Assembly: GCA_002269645.1 (NCBI GenBank)
Contig: NIVC01000173.1
Location: forward strand, 682,001-746,000
From: Macrostomum lignano
Lineage: Eukaryota
DNA: 64,000 nucleotides
Direction of reading: 5' to 3'
The notes beneath the pieces were generated by a model. It ran no database searches. It was not told the DNA's origin and saw only the letters and a program-made list of their open reading frames with translations. Position numbers and translations under genes: made by a program. Of this stretch, positions 53,369 to 64,000 are shown piece by piece; within the stretch, counting starts at the first letter, position 1; every line of letters begins with the position of its first letter.

Positions 53369-54097
53369 TGGCCCATTCCATATAAGATGGACATATTTGG
53401 AAAATAGAAAAAAGTCAATATTTTTGCTTGTTATTGCCGTATCAGCCAATTTTTTTACCAAATCTTTTTTGTATATAATGTATACAATCTAAGAATAAAT
53501 AAATGATACAAAATATATCATTAAGCTTATGTACCTTTTAAAAACAAATAGAAAGCTTTAGAAGGTTAAAACAAACTATATATAAAATTATAGTACTTGC
53601 ATCATCAGATAAAAACATTAGCAACCATATAATCTATTATATTTTTAAAATATATTAGTATTTCAAAGTTACTGAATAAGTCTGAATTGACAGAAAAAAA
53701 TATGTTACGACCATAATATTACGACCATAAGGCTGCCTTTTCTTTTGTATCTTTGTTGCCTTTTGAGTTTATATATTCTAATAAGAGTATGACTTCTAAA
53801 GATGTTCTTAGTCAAATTAAAAAAAATTATTGCAAAATATAAAAAATGAAAAATGTTATAAGACTTTTACCTTTTAGTTTCTATATGTCAAAAATCTTGT
53901 TGTTACGACCATAAGTGCTATTCAAGGTTTAATAGCATCTATAATAATGATGATATCTATAATGAAACTTTATAAACATATTCTTGACAAAATAATCTTT
54001 CATTCAAAATATTGGTTTAGTATATTTTATTATTAGATTTCATTTTATAAGTAAAAATAGTCTGTCATGTTACAACCATAATTATATGAAATGGCCC
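53369..54097. mobile_element. Putative PIF/Harbinger-like MITE (TAA target duplication)
   Basis: TAA|TGGCCCATTCCATATAA ... TTATATGAAATGGCCC|TAA, imperfect TIRs of about 16 bp. Internal GTTACGACCATAA motif about 4 times. Confidence 0.5.
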
Positions 54098-55482
54098 TAA
54101 TGCACTGACATTTAGTATCATCACTTTGTTACCCCAGTTGCTCTCACTATTGTTTGTTTTACACTATTGTTCGTATCTTTTGATTGTTGCATCTTTTAAA
54201 GAGATCCAAGGGGCACAACATTGGTATGGCTAGCAAGTACTAGTATCTAAGGATGATGGTATTGATTAGAAATTGTCTATATTCTATCTTGTAGCTCTCC
54301 ACATTGATTCTTTAGAACAATTCTCTCTCACTAGCATTGTTTGGATTTTATATATGAATGTACATATAAGAGCTAATACATATAGTCTATAATAAATAAC
54401 ACTTTAGGCTGAATATATAATATATAGGCCTAGCCATTCTATATTCGATAGACTAGCCTATGACATAGGCCTACTAAGCAAATAGTCATTGAAATTGTGC
54501 TTAATTAGGCCTAGTAATACTAATATAGGCCTGGCCCTGGCTTAGACTAGGCCCTAGTCTTTAGGGTTCTTTCAGTTAGCCTATAATATAGACCTAATAG
54601 GCCTAGGCCTCAAATAAACATAGCCTGATAATAGACATAGCCCTGTAGCCCATATACTAGGACAACTAATTTAGGCCTAATAAACTTGTTTAGCAGTTTA
54701 GTTTGCATCACTGCTAGGCCCATGAAAAAAGCCAATGTCCAATTATAAAGGCATAAACATTTAAAAGCCTATGTAGGGCCCTAGCCTAAGCCTATGCTGT
54801 CAGCTGTCATAGATTTGGCCACTCTCCTCGACCTCATATTCTGATAGTCTTGTCGAGATATGATTTACTGTATTGTTTTACTAGGCCTATCAATAGACAA
54901 AACAAAAGTGGTCGAAGAATAGAAAACAGTCGAACTATAATTGTAGTAGGCTTAGGCCTAGGCCTTATAATATAATTATAGGGCCTAAAGCCAGGCGTTG
55001 CATATTAAACGTTGCGTAAAAATGATGACCGATATAAAGTGGATCACTGTCAACGGATAATATTATCGTGCTAACAACACAACAAAAGCAAAAAATGAAG
55101 AATAGCACAGTTTTTTCTATAACTCTTTACTTATTGGTTGGACATCGAAAGTAATTTTCGCCAATCTTTTTTCATAACTTTTTTTATTCAGGTCTGAACA
55201 AAGCACCGGCTTATTTAACTATAGTCAAAAAAAGGTAAAACAAAAGAAACATCCTGTTAGGATTAAAAGCTTTTGCAATGTTTCTTATTTTATGCTTGAA
55301 TAAAATTAACTAAAAGAATTACGTAAAAAAGTTGCGATTTTTCAATTTTATTGTATATTTTTGTTTCTATGGTGAAAAATGTTAATAATTGAACTACGAG
55401 AGAAAGCTTAGAAAAAATTGTATGCAAAGTAACTTGTGTAAGTAAGATAGTCCGAAACTCTTTGAAAATCATCAAAGAGAGG

Positions 55483-64000
<8,518 letters not shown>

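Noticed and set aside
55363-55376. Possible RFX X-box upstream of DNAH10 (GTTTCTATGGTGAA)
   Set aside because: Only the left half fits the consensus, and a similar word occurs at about 48549 in an unrelated context.

Overview
Animal genomic DNA with GT-AG introns and the standard code. The intron style and a private minisatellite in most large introns suggest a free-living flatworm such as Macrostomum, but that is inference only. By joining exons across splice sites I reconstructed eight protein-coding genes: POLR3B (+, 8 exons, 1132 aa); a ZNF423/ZNF521 (Oaz)-like C2H2 protein with an N-terminal NuRD-binding micro-exon (+, 6 exons, about 1006 aa); TMEM35/NACHO (-, single coding exon); DRAP1/NC2-alpha (-, 4 exons, 276 aa); a bacterial-type RimK-like ATP-grasp ligase with three spliceosomal introns (+, 316 aa, candidate domesticated horizontal transfer); a membrane tyrosinase-family gene convergent with it (-, 6 exons, about 617 aa); UBE2Z (-, 3 exons, 287 aa); and the 5' part of DNAH10 (+, running off the window, with two 1-nt frameshifts). 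Non-genic content includes a Penelope-like RT remnant, a decayed intron-containing THAP-domain gene inside DRAP1 intron 1, several MITEs, two CORE-SINE copies, tRNA-like SINE heads and more than 20 unrelated tandem arrays. These arrays account for almost all the long repetitive ORFs in the ORF track. The most interesting element is the intron-bearing bacterial-type ATP-grasp ligase and its tail-to-tail pairing with the tyrosinase. All family assignments come from recalled motifs; no database search was run.
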